Counted from the stretch's first letter, positions 29,834-39,151 are shown. The stretch is 54,348 nt of DNA from Rhodobacterales bacterium 32-66-9 (GCA_002280405.1 NCDY01000003.1:1-54348), one strand, 5' to 3'. The notes: generated by a model from the letters alone, not told the origin. Made by a program: numbers and translations.

Positions 29834-30214
29834 CTATCGGCACTTGCGCATGAAGTAGCGCGCCAGCAGCACCTTGAAGCGCACCTCCGGCATGTTGCCG
29901 TAGGTCGGCTCGTCGGGGAAGACAGGCGGTGTCTCGAGATCGCCCGCCCATGGCACCTTCACATGCATCCGGTTCGGGGTGTCGTAGACCGGCACGATCT
30001 CGATCGTGTCAGGGATCTCGCCGTTCGGGCCCGCGTCCGGCCCATCATAGCGATAGCCGTTTCGATGCAACCAGCCCCTCGTGTCGGCGTTGAACTTGCG
30101 CCACTCGGATTTCGGCGTGTCCCTGAAGGCGCTTTTGCTGACCTTCATGATCGCCTCGCCGGTCTCTGCCTGATCTGCCACCGAGTTGCTTTTCAGCTTG
30201 ATGAATCCCGCCAT
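29834..30214 (-). CDS. Hypothetical 126-aa protein; candidate NHLP-like precursor/substrate
   Basis: AAGGGGAG RBS; IPDTIEIVPVYDTPNRMHVKVPW segment; ends ARYFMRKCR. Confidence 0.65.
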   Translation of the reverse strand: MAGFIKLKSNSVADQAETGEAIMKVSKSAFRDTPKSEWRKFNADTRGWLHRNGYRYDGPDAGPNGEIPDTIEIVPVYDTPNRMHVKVPWAGDLETPPVFPDEPTYGNMPEVRFKVLLARYFMRKCR

Positions 30215-30362
30215 TGCGCCGTCACTCCCCTTCTAGTTGGTCCGTTTCCGCGTCGGGTCTCTGCCCCAGTGTTCCGCCAGGTTCGTGATGCCAGCGTGAA
30301 ATGGGGAACGGGCGTCCGATTCCGACCTTGATCCCTGCGACCTTCCTGCCTTGAATGTGGGC

Positions 30363-31421
30363 ATGAAGCAAAACCCTGCCGAGATGATCGAACGGCTGAC
30401 ACAGGCCCTGGCAGATGATTTCCGCATCCTGCCGCTGGCGCGGCCCGGCGCGCCGCTGTTCCTGGCCATCGCCCTGCCGACGGATGAAGGCGTGACCGGG
30501 CTGCTGCCAAGGCTTCCGGCCGGGCGCGGGATGACCATGCCGCAAGCGATGCTGGCTGCCGGGGCCGAAGCGCTGGAACTCCGCGCGAGCCTGGCGCAGC
30601 AGCACCTGGCGGAGTTGCAAGGGCTGCCCCGGCAAGATGGTCTGGCCGTGGTCACCGCGACCGATCTTGTGTCGGGTGTGACGGCCCCGGTCCCCGCGCA
30701 AAGCGTCTTTCTCGACTGTGCCGCCGTCCTGGCCGAACCGCTGCGGGACGACGCGGACTCGACAGGATGCGCGACGGGTGCAACCCGTGACAGTGCCGTG
30801 GCGGCGGCGCTTTGGGAATGCGTGGAGCGCGACGCGGTGGCCCTGTGGTGGCATGGCAACCGGCAGGGCGCCGCCGTTGCGCTGGAAGTGATCGACGCGC
30901 AGCAGCCAAGGCTGTTCTGGTGGCTGCACCAGCGTCCCCGCGCGACACGGCTTCTCGACATCACGACGGATATCGGCTTGCCGGTCGTGGTCGCCGTGGC
31001 CGCAGAACCCGATGGCCGGGCGTTGGCGATCGGATCGGCGGCGCGCCCGGTTCTGGCGGATGCGGCACTTGCCGCGGTGACCGAGCTGGTGCAGACCGAG
31101 GCCAGTCTCGACCTCGCGCGCGAGGCTGGCCAGACCGAGGCGCTGGACTGGAGTGCGCGGGCCGCGATGGGCGGACAGCCGCAGTTTCTGCCGGGTCCGG
31201 CGCGGCGCTCCGGGCCGCTGACGGTGCCGGATCTTCTGGCTCGGCTGGCGCATCTTGGCCACCGCGTCCTGGCGGTCGAGATGACGCTTCCCGGCGATCC
31301 GATGCCCACGATGCGCGTGATGGTGCCGGGCCTGTGCGCGATGCGGGGCCGGACCGATACCCCGCGCTTTGCCCGGCTTTGCCCCGGGCAGCCCGGCCTG
31401 AACCTGCCCGAACCCTTTTGA
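30363..31421 (+). CDS. YcaO-like family protein
   Basis: AGRGMT..QA...AGAEALE; DSTGCATG...ALWECVERDAVALWW; LLDITTDIGLPVV; ELVQ; RVMVPGL; Pro-rich C-terminus LNLPEPF. Confidence 0.85.
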   Translation: MKQNPAEMIERLTQALADDFRILPLARPGAPLFLAIALPTDEGVTGLLPRLPAGRGMTMPQAMLAAGAEALELRASLAQQHLAELQGLPRQDGLAVVTATDLVSGVTAPVPAQSVFLDCAAVLAEPLRDDADSTGCATGATRDSAVAAALWECVERDAVALWWHGNRQGAAVALEVIDAQQPRLFWWLHQRPRATRLLDITTDIGLPVVVAVAAEPDGRALAIGSAARPVLADAALAAVTELVQTEASLDLAREAGQTEALDWSARAAMGGQPQFLPGPARRSGPLTVPDLLARLAHLGHRVLAVEMTLPGDPMPTMRVMVPGLCAMRGRTDTPRFARLCPGQPGLNLPEPF

Positions 31422-31444
31422 TCCAGGCCCGCAAGAGGCACCCC

Positions 31445-33136
31445 ATGCCGCAGATCACCAGTCCGCATTCGCTGTTCCGGATCGGCGCCGCAGCCGCGCC
31501 GCAGTCCACGGCCATCGGCGATACGGCATCGCAGTCGCGCTACTGCTACCGCTTTCCCGATCTGGCCAAGGACAGCCGAGCGGGCTGTTTTCGGGGACTG
31601 AGCGCCGCCGCGACCTTCGATCGGCTCAAGGCGTTCGAGAAGGCGACGCGCATTCCGATGAGCAACCTGCCGATGCTGCGGATGCCGCTTCCGGCGGTAT
31701 ACACCTATTTCGGGCAGTTCGTGAACCACGACATCTCGGCCCCGGTGGGCGATGTCATCACCCGTCCGGACCTGCCCGAGCCCGTCGAGGTGATCGGCGC
31801 GTCCGACCTGGCCGGGCTTGAGCGGCGTCGCCGCTTTTCGGTGCCGGTCATCCTGCGGCAGTTCATCAACGAGCAACCCAACCCGCTGTCGCTGGACAGC
31901 CTGTATGGCGAGGGCCCGCTGAGCGCCGATCCCGAGATCAGGGCGCTCTACGATGCGGATGGCATGAGTTTCCGGCTGGGCAGGACACGGCGCGAGGTCG
32001 ATCAGGTCTTCATTGACCAAGAACAGAACCCGGACCTGGTCGCCCATGCCAGGGATGCGCCGGATATCCTGCGGCAGGACGGCAAACCGCTGATCGCGGA
32101 CCGGCGCAATGACGAGAACCTGGTGATCAGCCAGCTCCACCTCGGTCTGCTTTTGTTTCACAACAAGACAGTGGCCGCACTGAAGGACCGGTTTCCGCGC
32201 GATCCGGCCGGATGCTTCGCCCAGGCGCGCCAGCTGGTGCTGCTGCATTATCACTGGCTGATCCTGCATGACTTTCTCGACAAGCTCTTGTCGCCCGCGG
32301 CGCTGCGGACACCTCTGGCGGCCCGGCCGCAGACCCTGCCCGCGGCCAGGACCGTGCCGCTGGAATTCACCACCGCCGCGTTCCGCTTTGGCCATTCGAT
32401 GGTTGGCTCGGCCTATGACTTCAACGCCAATTTCGGGACCGGGAGCCGGTTGGGCAACCGGGGCGCGTCGCTGCAGCAGCTGTTCCAGTTCACCACGCAT
32501 CGCAACATGGGCAGTTCCGCCGCCGAGACGCTGCAGTTGCCGGATCACTGGGTCATCGACTGGAACCGGATGAGCCGGCCATCAGGTGCGGCCGGTGGTG
32601 GCGGGGCCGAGAGAATCGACCTGACCTTTGCCAGCGACATGCTGAACGCAATCGGTGCATCAGACGTCGCGGCGCATGGCTCGATCCTGTTTCGCAACAT
32701 CATGCGCGGCTTTCATCGCCGCATTCCGTTCGGCCAGGTGCTGGCCCGGGAATACGGGGTGCGGGTGCTGGACAGCGGCGACATCGCGGCGGCCCTGCCG
32801 CCGGGGTTCATCGATGGACCCGGGTCGCCGCGTCTGCCGGACTTTGCGGCGCGCAACGGGCTTTTGCAGGAAACCCCGGCCTGGCTCTACTTCCTGTGCG
32901 AGGCGCACATCCGTGAAAGCGGCGAGCGGATCGGCGAATCGGCAAGCCACCTGATCGCCGACACGATCACCGGGCTGATGCGCCACATGCCGCATTCGGT
33001 CCTGAACCATGACGGCGGGACCTGGCATCCCGATCAGACCCCGTTTCCAACGCAGCCGGGCGGGCTGACGACGATCGGCGCGCTGCTGCAGTTCGCGGTC
33101 AAGGGCACCGGCGCAGAAGAGGTCGGGCCAGGGTGA
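31445..33136 (+). CDS. Heme peroxidase, animal (peroxidase-cyclooxygenase) superfamily
   Basis: YTYFGQFVNHDI (distal His), DRRNDENLVISQLH (distal Arg), EFTTAAFRFGHSMV (proximal His), TPAWLYFLCEA. Confidence 0.87.
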   Translation: MPQITSPHSLFRIGAAAAPQSTAIGDTASQSRYCYRFPDLAKDSRAGCFRGLSAAATFDRLKAFEKATRIPMSNLPMLRMPLPAVYTYFGQFVNHDISAPVGDVITRPDLPEPVEVIGASDLAGLERRRRFSVPVILRQFINEQPNPLSLDSLYGEGPLSADPEIRALYDADGMSFRLGRTRREVDQVFIDQEQNPDLVAHARDAPDILRQDGKPLIADRRNDENLVISQLHLGLLLFHNKTVAALKDRFPRDPAGCFAQARQLVLLHYHWLILHDFLDKLLSPAALRTPLAARPQTLPAARTVPLEFTTAAFRFGHSMVGSAYDFNANFGTGSRLGNRGASLQQLFQFTTHRNMGSSAAETLQLPDHWVIDWNRMSRPSGAAGGGGAERIDLTFASDMLNAIGASDVAAHGSILFRNIMRGFHRRIPFGQVLAREYGVRVLDSGDIAAALPPGFIDGPGSPRLPDFAARNGLLQETPAWLYFLCEAHIRESGERIGESASHLIADTITGLMRHMPHSVLNHDGGTWHPDQTPFPTQPGGLTTIGALLQFAVKGTGAEEVGPG

Positions 33137-33261
33137 TCCGATGGGTACGGGCTGGACATTCCGGCGGTTTCGCCGCTAAGACGCTGCGACGCGCGGGATG
33201 CGCGCGGCGTGCGGTCGCGTGCCGCCGCCCCCCATGACGACCTTGTGGAGAAGCCGAGGCC

Positions 33262-33750
33262 ATGACCGTCGATTTCCTGACCTCCGGCCCGAAGTCGCGG
33301 CTGGTCCGGCGACTGGCGCTGGGTCTTTTCCTGCTGCCGGTTGCGGCCTGCGCGCCCTCGTTCAGCAAGATGCAGCTATACCCGCTGCAGGGCGAGATTG
33401 CCGACTCGGATCCGACCCTGGTGATCCGCGCCACGGCGAAGAACACGACCGGCACCTCTGGCGCCCTGTCGTTCCGGCTGCCGGGGCGGGGCAAGTGCAC
33501 CGGCACCTGGAGCTCGCTGACCCCGCGCACGGTGTCGAATTCCAAGGGGCTGGCGCTGACCTGGAAAAAGACCGGGGGCGAGGTCGGGACCGCGCGGGAA
33601 ACCGTGGCGGGCGTCAACAACGGCGAGATCTATGCGGTCTGTGAAGATGGCACCCGGGTGCAGGGCACCTTCGTCATCGGTTCCGGCACGGCCAGCGGCA
33701 CCGGGCAGGCGTCCGACACCAATGGCAACGTCTACAAGCTGTTGTTCTGA
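33262..33750 (+). CDS. Hypothetical lipoprotein
   Basis: RR-hydrophobic-VAAC lipobox; beta-rich body ending GTGQASDTNGNVYKLLF. Confidence 0.7.
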   Translation: MTVDFLTSGPKSRLVRRLALGLFLLPVAACAPSFSKMQLYPLQGEIADSDPTLVIRATAKNTTGTSGALSFRLPGRGKCTGTWSSLTPRTVSNSKGLALTWKKTGGEVGTARETVAGVNNGEIYAVCEDGTRVQGTFVIGSGTASGTGQASDTNGNVYKLLF

Positions 33751-34860
33751 TCAGCGGGCACGCACCGCGTCGTCCAGCACGGCCCGCACCGTTTCGCCCG
33801 GCACATCTTCGGCCACGAAGGCCTGACCGATCCCGCGCGCGAGGATGAAACGCAGCTTGCCGTCCACCACTTTCTTGTCCTGACCCATCAGCGCGATCAG
33901 CGTCTCGGACCCCGGGATCTCGCCGGGGATGTCGCGGATGTCGACCTTCATTCCCATCGCGGCAAGATGCGCTCGGACCCGGCTGGGATCTTCCTGACTG
34001 CACAGTCCAAGGCGCGAGGAAACTTCAAAGGCCAGCGCGCAGCCGATGGCGACGCCTTCGCCATGCAGCAGCCGGGAGGAATATCCTGTCGCCTTTTCAA
34101 GCGCGTGGCAGAAGGTGTGGCCAAGGTTCAGAAGCGCGCGTTCGCCTTCCTCGGTCTCGTCACGGGCAACGATCCCGGCCTTCATCTCGACCGACCGCGT
34201 CACCGCCCGCAGCCGCGCCGCTGGATCGCCAGCCCGGATTGCCGGGCCTTCCCGTTCCAGCCAGCCAAAGAAATCGGCATCGCCGAGCAGGCCGTATTTC
34301 ACCACCTCGCCATAGCCGGACAGGAGGTCGCGGTCGGGCAGCGAGGTCAGGACGTCGATGTCGGCAAGAACGAGGCTTGGCTGGTGGAAGGCGCCGACCA
34401 GGTTCTTGCCTTGCGCCGTATTGATCCCGGTCTTGCCGCCGACAGAGCTGTCGACCTGCGCCAGAAGCGTGGTCGGGACCTGCACGAAGCGCACGCCCCG
34501 CCGCAGGATCGCGGCGGAAAAGCCGACGAGATCGCCGATCACCCCGCCGCCAAGGGCAAGGACCACATCCTTGCGTTCGACCCTCTGCTCCAGCAGCCAT
34601 TCGGTGCAACGGGCCAGATTCGCCCAGTTCTTCGTCGCCTCGCCCGGCGGCAGGGCCAGCGCGGCAACGGCAATCCCCCTGGCTTCCAGCGCCGTTGTCA
34701 GGGCCGGCAGATGCCACCCTGCAACGGTTTCGTCCGTCACCACGGCCACACGCATGCGGCGCAGGAGAGGCGCGATCTCGGCCCCTGCCCGCGCGATCAG
34801 GCCGGGGCCGATCCGCACCTCGTAGGACCGCGCGCCGAGATCGACCGCCACCGTGTTCAT
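33751..34860 (-). CDS. aroB: 3-dehydroquinate synthase
   Basis: GGGVIGD, PTTLLAQVDSSVGGKT, LNLGHTFCH, HGEGV. Confidence 0.96.
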   Translation of the reverse strand: MNTVAVDLGARSYEVRIGPGLIARAGAEIAPLLRRMRVAVVTDETVAGWHLPALTTALEARGIAVAALALPPGEATKNWANLARCTEWLLEQRVERKDVVLALGGGVIGDLVGFSAAILRRGVRFVQVPTTLLAQVDSSVGGKTGINTAQGKNLVGAFHQPSLVLADIDVLTSLPDRDLLSGYGEVVKYGLLGDADFFGWLEREGPAIRAGDPAARLRAVTRSVEMKAGIVARDETEEGERALLNLGHTFCHALEKATGYSSRLLHGEGVAIGCALAFEVSSRLGLCSQEDPSRVRAHLAAMGMKVDIRDIPGEIPGSETLIALMGQDKKVVDGKLRFILARGIGQAFVAEDVPGETVRAVLDDAVRAR

Positions 34861-35402
34861 GTCGCGGCCTCCAGCACATCCGGGCGCCTCTTCAGCGCCT
34901 CGCGCACCCGCGCGGCCATGTCTTCGACCGACCGCTCTGCCGCGCTTTCGACCACGATGTCGGCCTGGGCGTAGAAGGGCTGCCGCTTTTCATGAAGCTC
35001 GCGAAGGGTTTCGCGCGGGTTCGCGGTGCGCAACAGGGGCCGGGTCGTCTTGGTGCGGACGCGCTGCCACAGAAGCTCCAGCTCGGCGCGGAGCCAGACC
35101 GAAACGCCGACATCATGGATCAGAGTGCGATTCGTCTCGGAGAGGAACGCCCCGCCGCCGGTGGACAGGACGCAAGGCGTGCCGCGCAGCAGGCGGCCGA
35201 TCACCTCGGTCTCGCGGGCGCGGAAGAAGGCCTCGCCGTCACGCTCGAAGATTTCGGCGATGCTGCGGTTGGCGGCGCGGACGATTTCCTCGTCCGAATC
35301 GCGGAACGCGACCCCAAGCTGGCGGGCAAGGGCCGTGCCGACGGCCGTTTTGCCCGCCCCCATCATCCCGACCAGCACCACCGTCTTCGCCAACCTCGCC
35401 AT
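34857..35402 (-). CDS. aroK: Shikimate kinase
   Basis: GMMGAGKT, GEAFFR, STGGG, RPLL. Confidence 0.95.
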   Translation of the reverse strand: MARLAKTVVLVGMMGAGKTAVGTALARQLGVAFRDSDEEIVRAANRSIAEIFERDGEAFFRARETEVIGRLLRGTPCVLSTGGGAFLSETNRTLIHDVGVSVWLRAELELLWQRVRTKTTRPLLRTANPRETLRELHEKRQPFYAQADIVVESAAERSVEDMAARVREALKRRPDVLEAAT

Positions 35403-35602
35403 GGCCCCCGTCCCACCGTCCCGCGCGCCCCGGGCAAGGACTTGCCGACGGGAAATCTTCGTCCCTCAATGGCGTGAAGTCTTGCCGAATGCTATATACA
35501 TTCGCGCAGGAACCCGCAGCGGTCGCCAGTTCGGCGGTTTCGGGCGGCAACAAGAGCCGGGAGGATCAAGCCTTCCGGGAAAAGACGAGGAAGGGCAAAA
35601 CG

Positions 35603-35737
35603 ATGGGTCGGATCATCAAGGCTTTGCTGTTGCTGGTGATTCTTGGCTTTGTCGGACTGACGGGTTATGCCTATCTGGGCGATCTGGCCCCCGTGCAAGG
35701 CGAGGTCAAGAAGCCAGTGGTGTTGAATGAGAACTAG
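35603..35737 (+). CDS. Small membrane protein (44 aa)
   Basis: MGRIIKALLLLVILGFVGLTGYAYLGDLAP...; GAGG/AAGG upstream; overlaps the next gene. Confidence 0.7.
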   Translation: MGRIIKALLLLVILGFVGLTGYAYLGDLAPVQGEVKKPVVLNEN

Positions 35738-37289
35738 TGCGGCCGGTGTTCTTTGCCTGATCCTCGCCACCCAGGCCGTCAAAGCTCAGCAGACGGGCAC
35801 GACCGGCGGGCCGCTGTCCGCGATCGACTGGCTGTCGCAGTCGGTGGCCACGCCGACGGCGGCGGGAACCGGGGCCACGGCTGTCACCGAACCGCCGGTC
35901 GCGGAAGCCGGAACCGCGGTGCCTGCCGGGGTGACGACATCATCGCTGGACGCACCTTCCCCCGATGCTGTCGGACTGATCCGGCCCGCCGTCTCGGGAC
36001 TGCCGCGCGATCTGTGGGGTGCCGGGCTGACGCGCGAGATCGCCCAGCGCCTGATCGCCCATCCTGACGATGACCTGCCTGCGCTGCGCCAGTTGTTCCT
36101 GACGCTGCTTCTGGCCGAGGTTGAGGCCCCGGTCGATTCCGGCGGCCGGGGCGAGTTGTTGCAGGTGCGGATCGACAAGCTGATGGCTTTGGGCGCGCTG
36201 GAGCAGGCGGCGGCGCTGATCGAAGCCGCGGGCGCGACCACGCCGGAATTGTTCCGCCGGGCCTTCGATGTGGCGCTGCTGACCGGGTCCGAGGATCGGG
36301 CCTGTCAAAACATGGCGAACGCGCCCTATCTGGCGCCGACCGTGCCGGCGCGGATCTTCTGTCTGGCGCGGTCGGGTGACTGGGAGACGGCGGCGCTGAC
36401 GATCCGCACGTCTCGGGCTCTGGGCCAGATCACGCCCGACCAGGAGGCGCTGCTGACGCGCTTTCTCGACCCCGATCTCTACGAGGGCGAGCCGGTGCCG
36501 GCGGCCCCCGACCCGGTCACGCCGCTTGACTGGATGATCTATGCCGCGATCGGCGAACCGCTGCCGACCGAAAGCCTGCCCATCGCCTTTTCCTATGCCG
36601 AGATCGGCCCCCGATCGGGCTGGAAGGCGCGGATCGAGGCAGCGGAGCGCCTGACCCGGGCCGGCACGATTCCACCCAACGTTATCCTGGGGCTGTATAC
36701 CGACTACGATCCTGCGGCCTCGGGCGGGGTCTGGGACCGGGTCGCGGCGTTTCAGGCCTTCGACGCCGCGGTCACCTCGGGCGATCCGGCGCGCATCGCC
36801 GCCACATTGCCGGAAGTCTGGTCGCGGATGCAGGAGGCCGAGCTGGAGGTGCCTTTCGCCACCCTGTTCGGCAAGGCCCTGGTCGATCTGCCGCTTTCCG
36901 GCGATGCGGCGGCCATTGCCTTCCGGATCGGTCTTCTGTCGCCGTATGCCGAAACCGTGGCCAAGGCCTACCGGCCCGCCACGGCCGAGGACGGCTTTCT
37001 CGTCGCCATCGCGATGGGGACGGCGGCGGGTGCGCTGCCGCCGGACAGCCTGGCGCGGGCCATTTCGGCAGCCTTCCGCGCGCCCGTCCCCTCGGTCGAG
37101 GCGCAGGCGCTGCTGGACGGCAACCGCAAGGGAGAGGCGATCATCGCGGCAATCGACGGCATCGGTCGCGGGGTCCAGGGCGATCTGCGCCAGGTGACCG
37201 AGGGGCTGTCGCTGTTGCGGCTGACCGGGCTGGAAAGCGTGGCGCGACGCACGGCGCTGGAACTCATGATCCTGGAACGGCGGGGATAG
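35727..37289 (+). CDS. Hypothetical exported helical protein
   Basis: Signal peptide, PLSAIDWLS; lies in an operon ahead of xerD. Confidence 0.75.
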   Translation: MRTSAAGVLCLILATQAVKAQQTGTTGGPLSAIDWLSQSVATPTAAGTGATAVTEPPVAEAGTAVPAGVTTSSLDAPSPDAVGLIRPAVSGLPRDLWGAGLTREIAQRLIAHPDDDLPALRQLFLTLLLAEVEAPVDSGGRGELLQVRIDKLMALGALEQAAALIEAAGATTPELFRRAFDVALLTGSEDRACQNMANAPYLAPTVPARIFCLARSGDWETAALTIRTSRALGQITPDQEALLTRFLDPDLYEGEPVPAAPDPVTPLDWMIYAAIGEPLPTESLPIAFSYAEIGPRSGWKARIEAAERLTRAGTIPPNVILGLYTDYDPAASGGVWDRVAAFQAFDAAVTSGDPARIAATLPEVWSRMQEAELEVPFATLFGKALVDLPLSGDAAAIAFRIGLLSPYAETVAKAYRPATAEDGFLVAIAMGTAAGALPPDSLARAISAAFRAPVPSVEAQALLDGNRKGEAIIAAIDGIGRGVQGDLRQVTEGLSLLRLTGLESVARRTALELMILERRG

Positions 37290-37292
37290 GCC

Positions 37293-38231
37293 ATGCCCGA
37301 CCCCGAGGCGAGCCGGTGGATCGCGACTTTCCTTGACGCCCGCGCGGCCGAACTGGGTGCGGCGCCGAACACCCGGCTGGCCTATGGCCGGGATCTGGTC
37401 GATTTCGCGGACTGGCTGGACCGGCGCGGCCTGGACTTTGCCACGGTTGGGCGCGAGGCGGTGCAGGACTATCTGGTGCACTGTGACGCTCAGGGCCTGG
37501 CACGGTCCACCCGCGCCCGGCGGCTGTCCTCGATCCGGCAACTCTTCCGCTTCTCGTTTGACGAAGGCTGGCGCGCCGACGATCCTGCCCTGCGCCTGAC
37601 CGGACCGGGTCGCGCTCAAAGCCTGCCGAAGACCCTGTCCGAGGCCGAGGTCACCCGGCTGATGGAAGCCGCGCGCCTGCGGGGTCGCAGCCCCGCGGAC
37701 CGGCTGCGGGACACCGCGCTGTTTGAGCTGCTCTACGCCACGGGCCTGCGCGTCAGCGAACTGGTCAGCCTTCCGGTCGCGGCAGCCCGGGGCGATCCCC
37801 GGATGATCCTGGTGCGCGGCAAGGGTGACAAGGAACGGATGGTGCCGCTGTCCTCACCCGCGCGGACCGCGCTTGCCGAGTGGCTTGCCCACCGCGACGC
37901 GACCGAGGACGAGGCCCGCCGCGCCGGCCGCGCGACGTCGCGGTTCCTGTTTCCGGGCGACGGACGCGACGGGCACCTGACGCGGCAGTATTTCCACAGC
38001 CTGGTCAAGGATGTGGCCGTGCTGGCGGGCCTGTCCCCTGCCCGCGTCACCCCGCATGTGCTGCGCCATGCCTTTGCGACGCATCTTCTGGCGCATGGCG
38101 CCGACCTGCGGGTAATCCAGACGCTGCTTGGCCATGCCGACCTGGCCACGACCGAGATCTACACCCATGTCCTGGACGATCATCTGACCGAGCTTGTCCT
38201 GACCAAGCACCCCCTGTCCCGCAAGGCCTGA
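37293..38231 (+). CDS. xerD: Tyrosine recombinase XerD
   Basis: YATGLRVSEL, GKGDKER, HVLRHAFATHLL, LLGH, TEIYTHV. Confidence 0.9.
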   Translation: MPDPEASRWIATFLDARAAELGAAPNTRLAYGRDLVDFADWLDRRGLDFATVGREAVQDYLVHCDAQGLARSTRARRLSSIRQLFRFSFDEGWRADDPALRLTGPGRAQSLPKTLSEAEVTRLMEAARLRGRSPADRLRDTALFELLYATGLRVSELVSLPVAAARGDPRMILVRGKGDKERMVPLSSPARTALAEWLAHRDATEDEARRAGRATSRFLFPGDGRDGHLTRQYFHSLVKDVAVLAGLSPARVTPHVLRHAFATHLLAHGADLRVIQTLLGHADLATTEIYTHVLDDHLTELVLTKHPLSRKA

Positions 38232-38242
38232 AAGCCAGCCCG

Positions 38243-39151
38243 ATGCCCAGCGATCCCCCGGCGGTCCCGGTTACTGTCTCTCCGCCCGGACGCATGCGCC
38301 GACTGATCCAAAGGCTGCTGGGTGTCGTCGGGCTGCCATCCGACCGGGCCAGCGCCATGCTGGCGCTGCGCGAGGACATCGCCGGAGCGATCGCCCTTGG
38401 CCATTCCGAAGGCGCGGTCGAAAAGGCCGCCCGCGACCGACTGCTTGGGGCGCTGGACCTTGGCCACCGCACCGTCGATGAAATCATGCGCCACCGCCGG
38501 CAGATCGAAATGATCGATGCCGATCTGCCCCCGGGGGACATCATCACCCGGGTGCTTGCCTCGCCGCACACCCGATTGCCGATCTTCCGGGACAGCGACG
38601 ACACCATTCTGGGCGTGGTTCACGCCAAGGACCTGCTGCGCGAGGTCGACCGGCTGGTGCGCGGCGGCTCGGGGTCGGTCGAAGGGATCGAGAACCTCGA
38701 GATCGAGAAGGTGGCGATGAAGCCCTACTTCATCCCGGACACCACCACGCTGGACGAACAGATGCGCGAATTCCTCGCGCGGCGCACCCATTTCGCCCTG
38801 GTCGTAGACGAATATGGTGCGCTGCAGGGCCTGATCACGCTGGAAGACATCCTGGAGGAAATCGTCGGCGAAATCACCGACGAGTTCGACGTGGTCGGCA
38901 AGGATTCAGGCCCGACCCAGACCGGGGACGGGGCCTTTCTGGTGGACGGCGCGATGACGATCCGCGACCTGAACCGCGCGACCGACTGGCGGCTCCCGGA
39001 TGACGAGGCCAACACCATAGCCGGTCTGGTGATCCACGAGGCGCAGATGATCCCGAACGAGGGCCAGGTGTTCAGCTTTCACGGCTTCCGCTTCACCGTG
39101 ATCGCCAGGCGGGAAAACCGGATCACCAAGCTGAAGCTCAGGCCGCTTTGA
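38243..39151 (+). CDS. HlyC/CorC family CBS-domain protein, lacking most of the N-terminal DUF21 TM domain
   Basis: HTRLPIF, ALVVDEYG, TLEDILEEIVGEITDEFD, C-terminal CorC_HlyC domain. Confidence 0.8.
   Translation: MPSDPPAVPVTVSPPGRMRRLIQRLLGVVGLPSDRASAMLALREDIAGAIALGHSEGAVEKAARDRLLGALDLGHRTVDEIMRHRRQIEMIDADLPPGDIITRVLASPHTRLPIFRDSDDTILGVVHAKDLLREVDRLVRGGSGSVEGIENLEIEKVAMKPYFIPDTTTLDEQMREFLARRTHFALVVDEYGALQGLITLEDILEEIVGEITDEFDVVGKDSGPTQTGDGAFLVDGAMTIRDLNRATDWRLPDDEANTIAGLVIHEAQMIPNEGQVFSFHGFRFTVIARRENRITKLKLRPL

Noticed and set aside
30317-30356. cgacctt/ccttga direct repeats as the BTAD regulator binding site
   Set aside because: Short and irregularly spaced; cannot be distinguished from chance without homologous promoters.
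37293-38231. Tyrosine recombinase as a phage or island integrase
   Set aside because: Sequence and context (aroK/aroB, CorC) fit chromosomal XerD.
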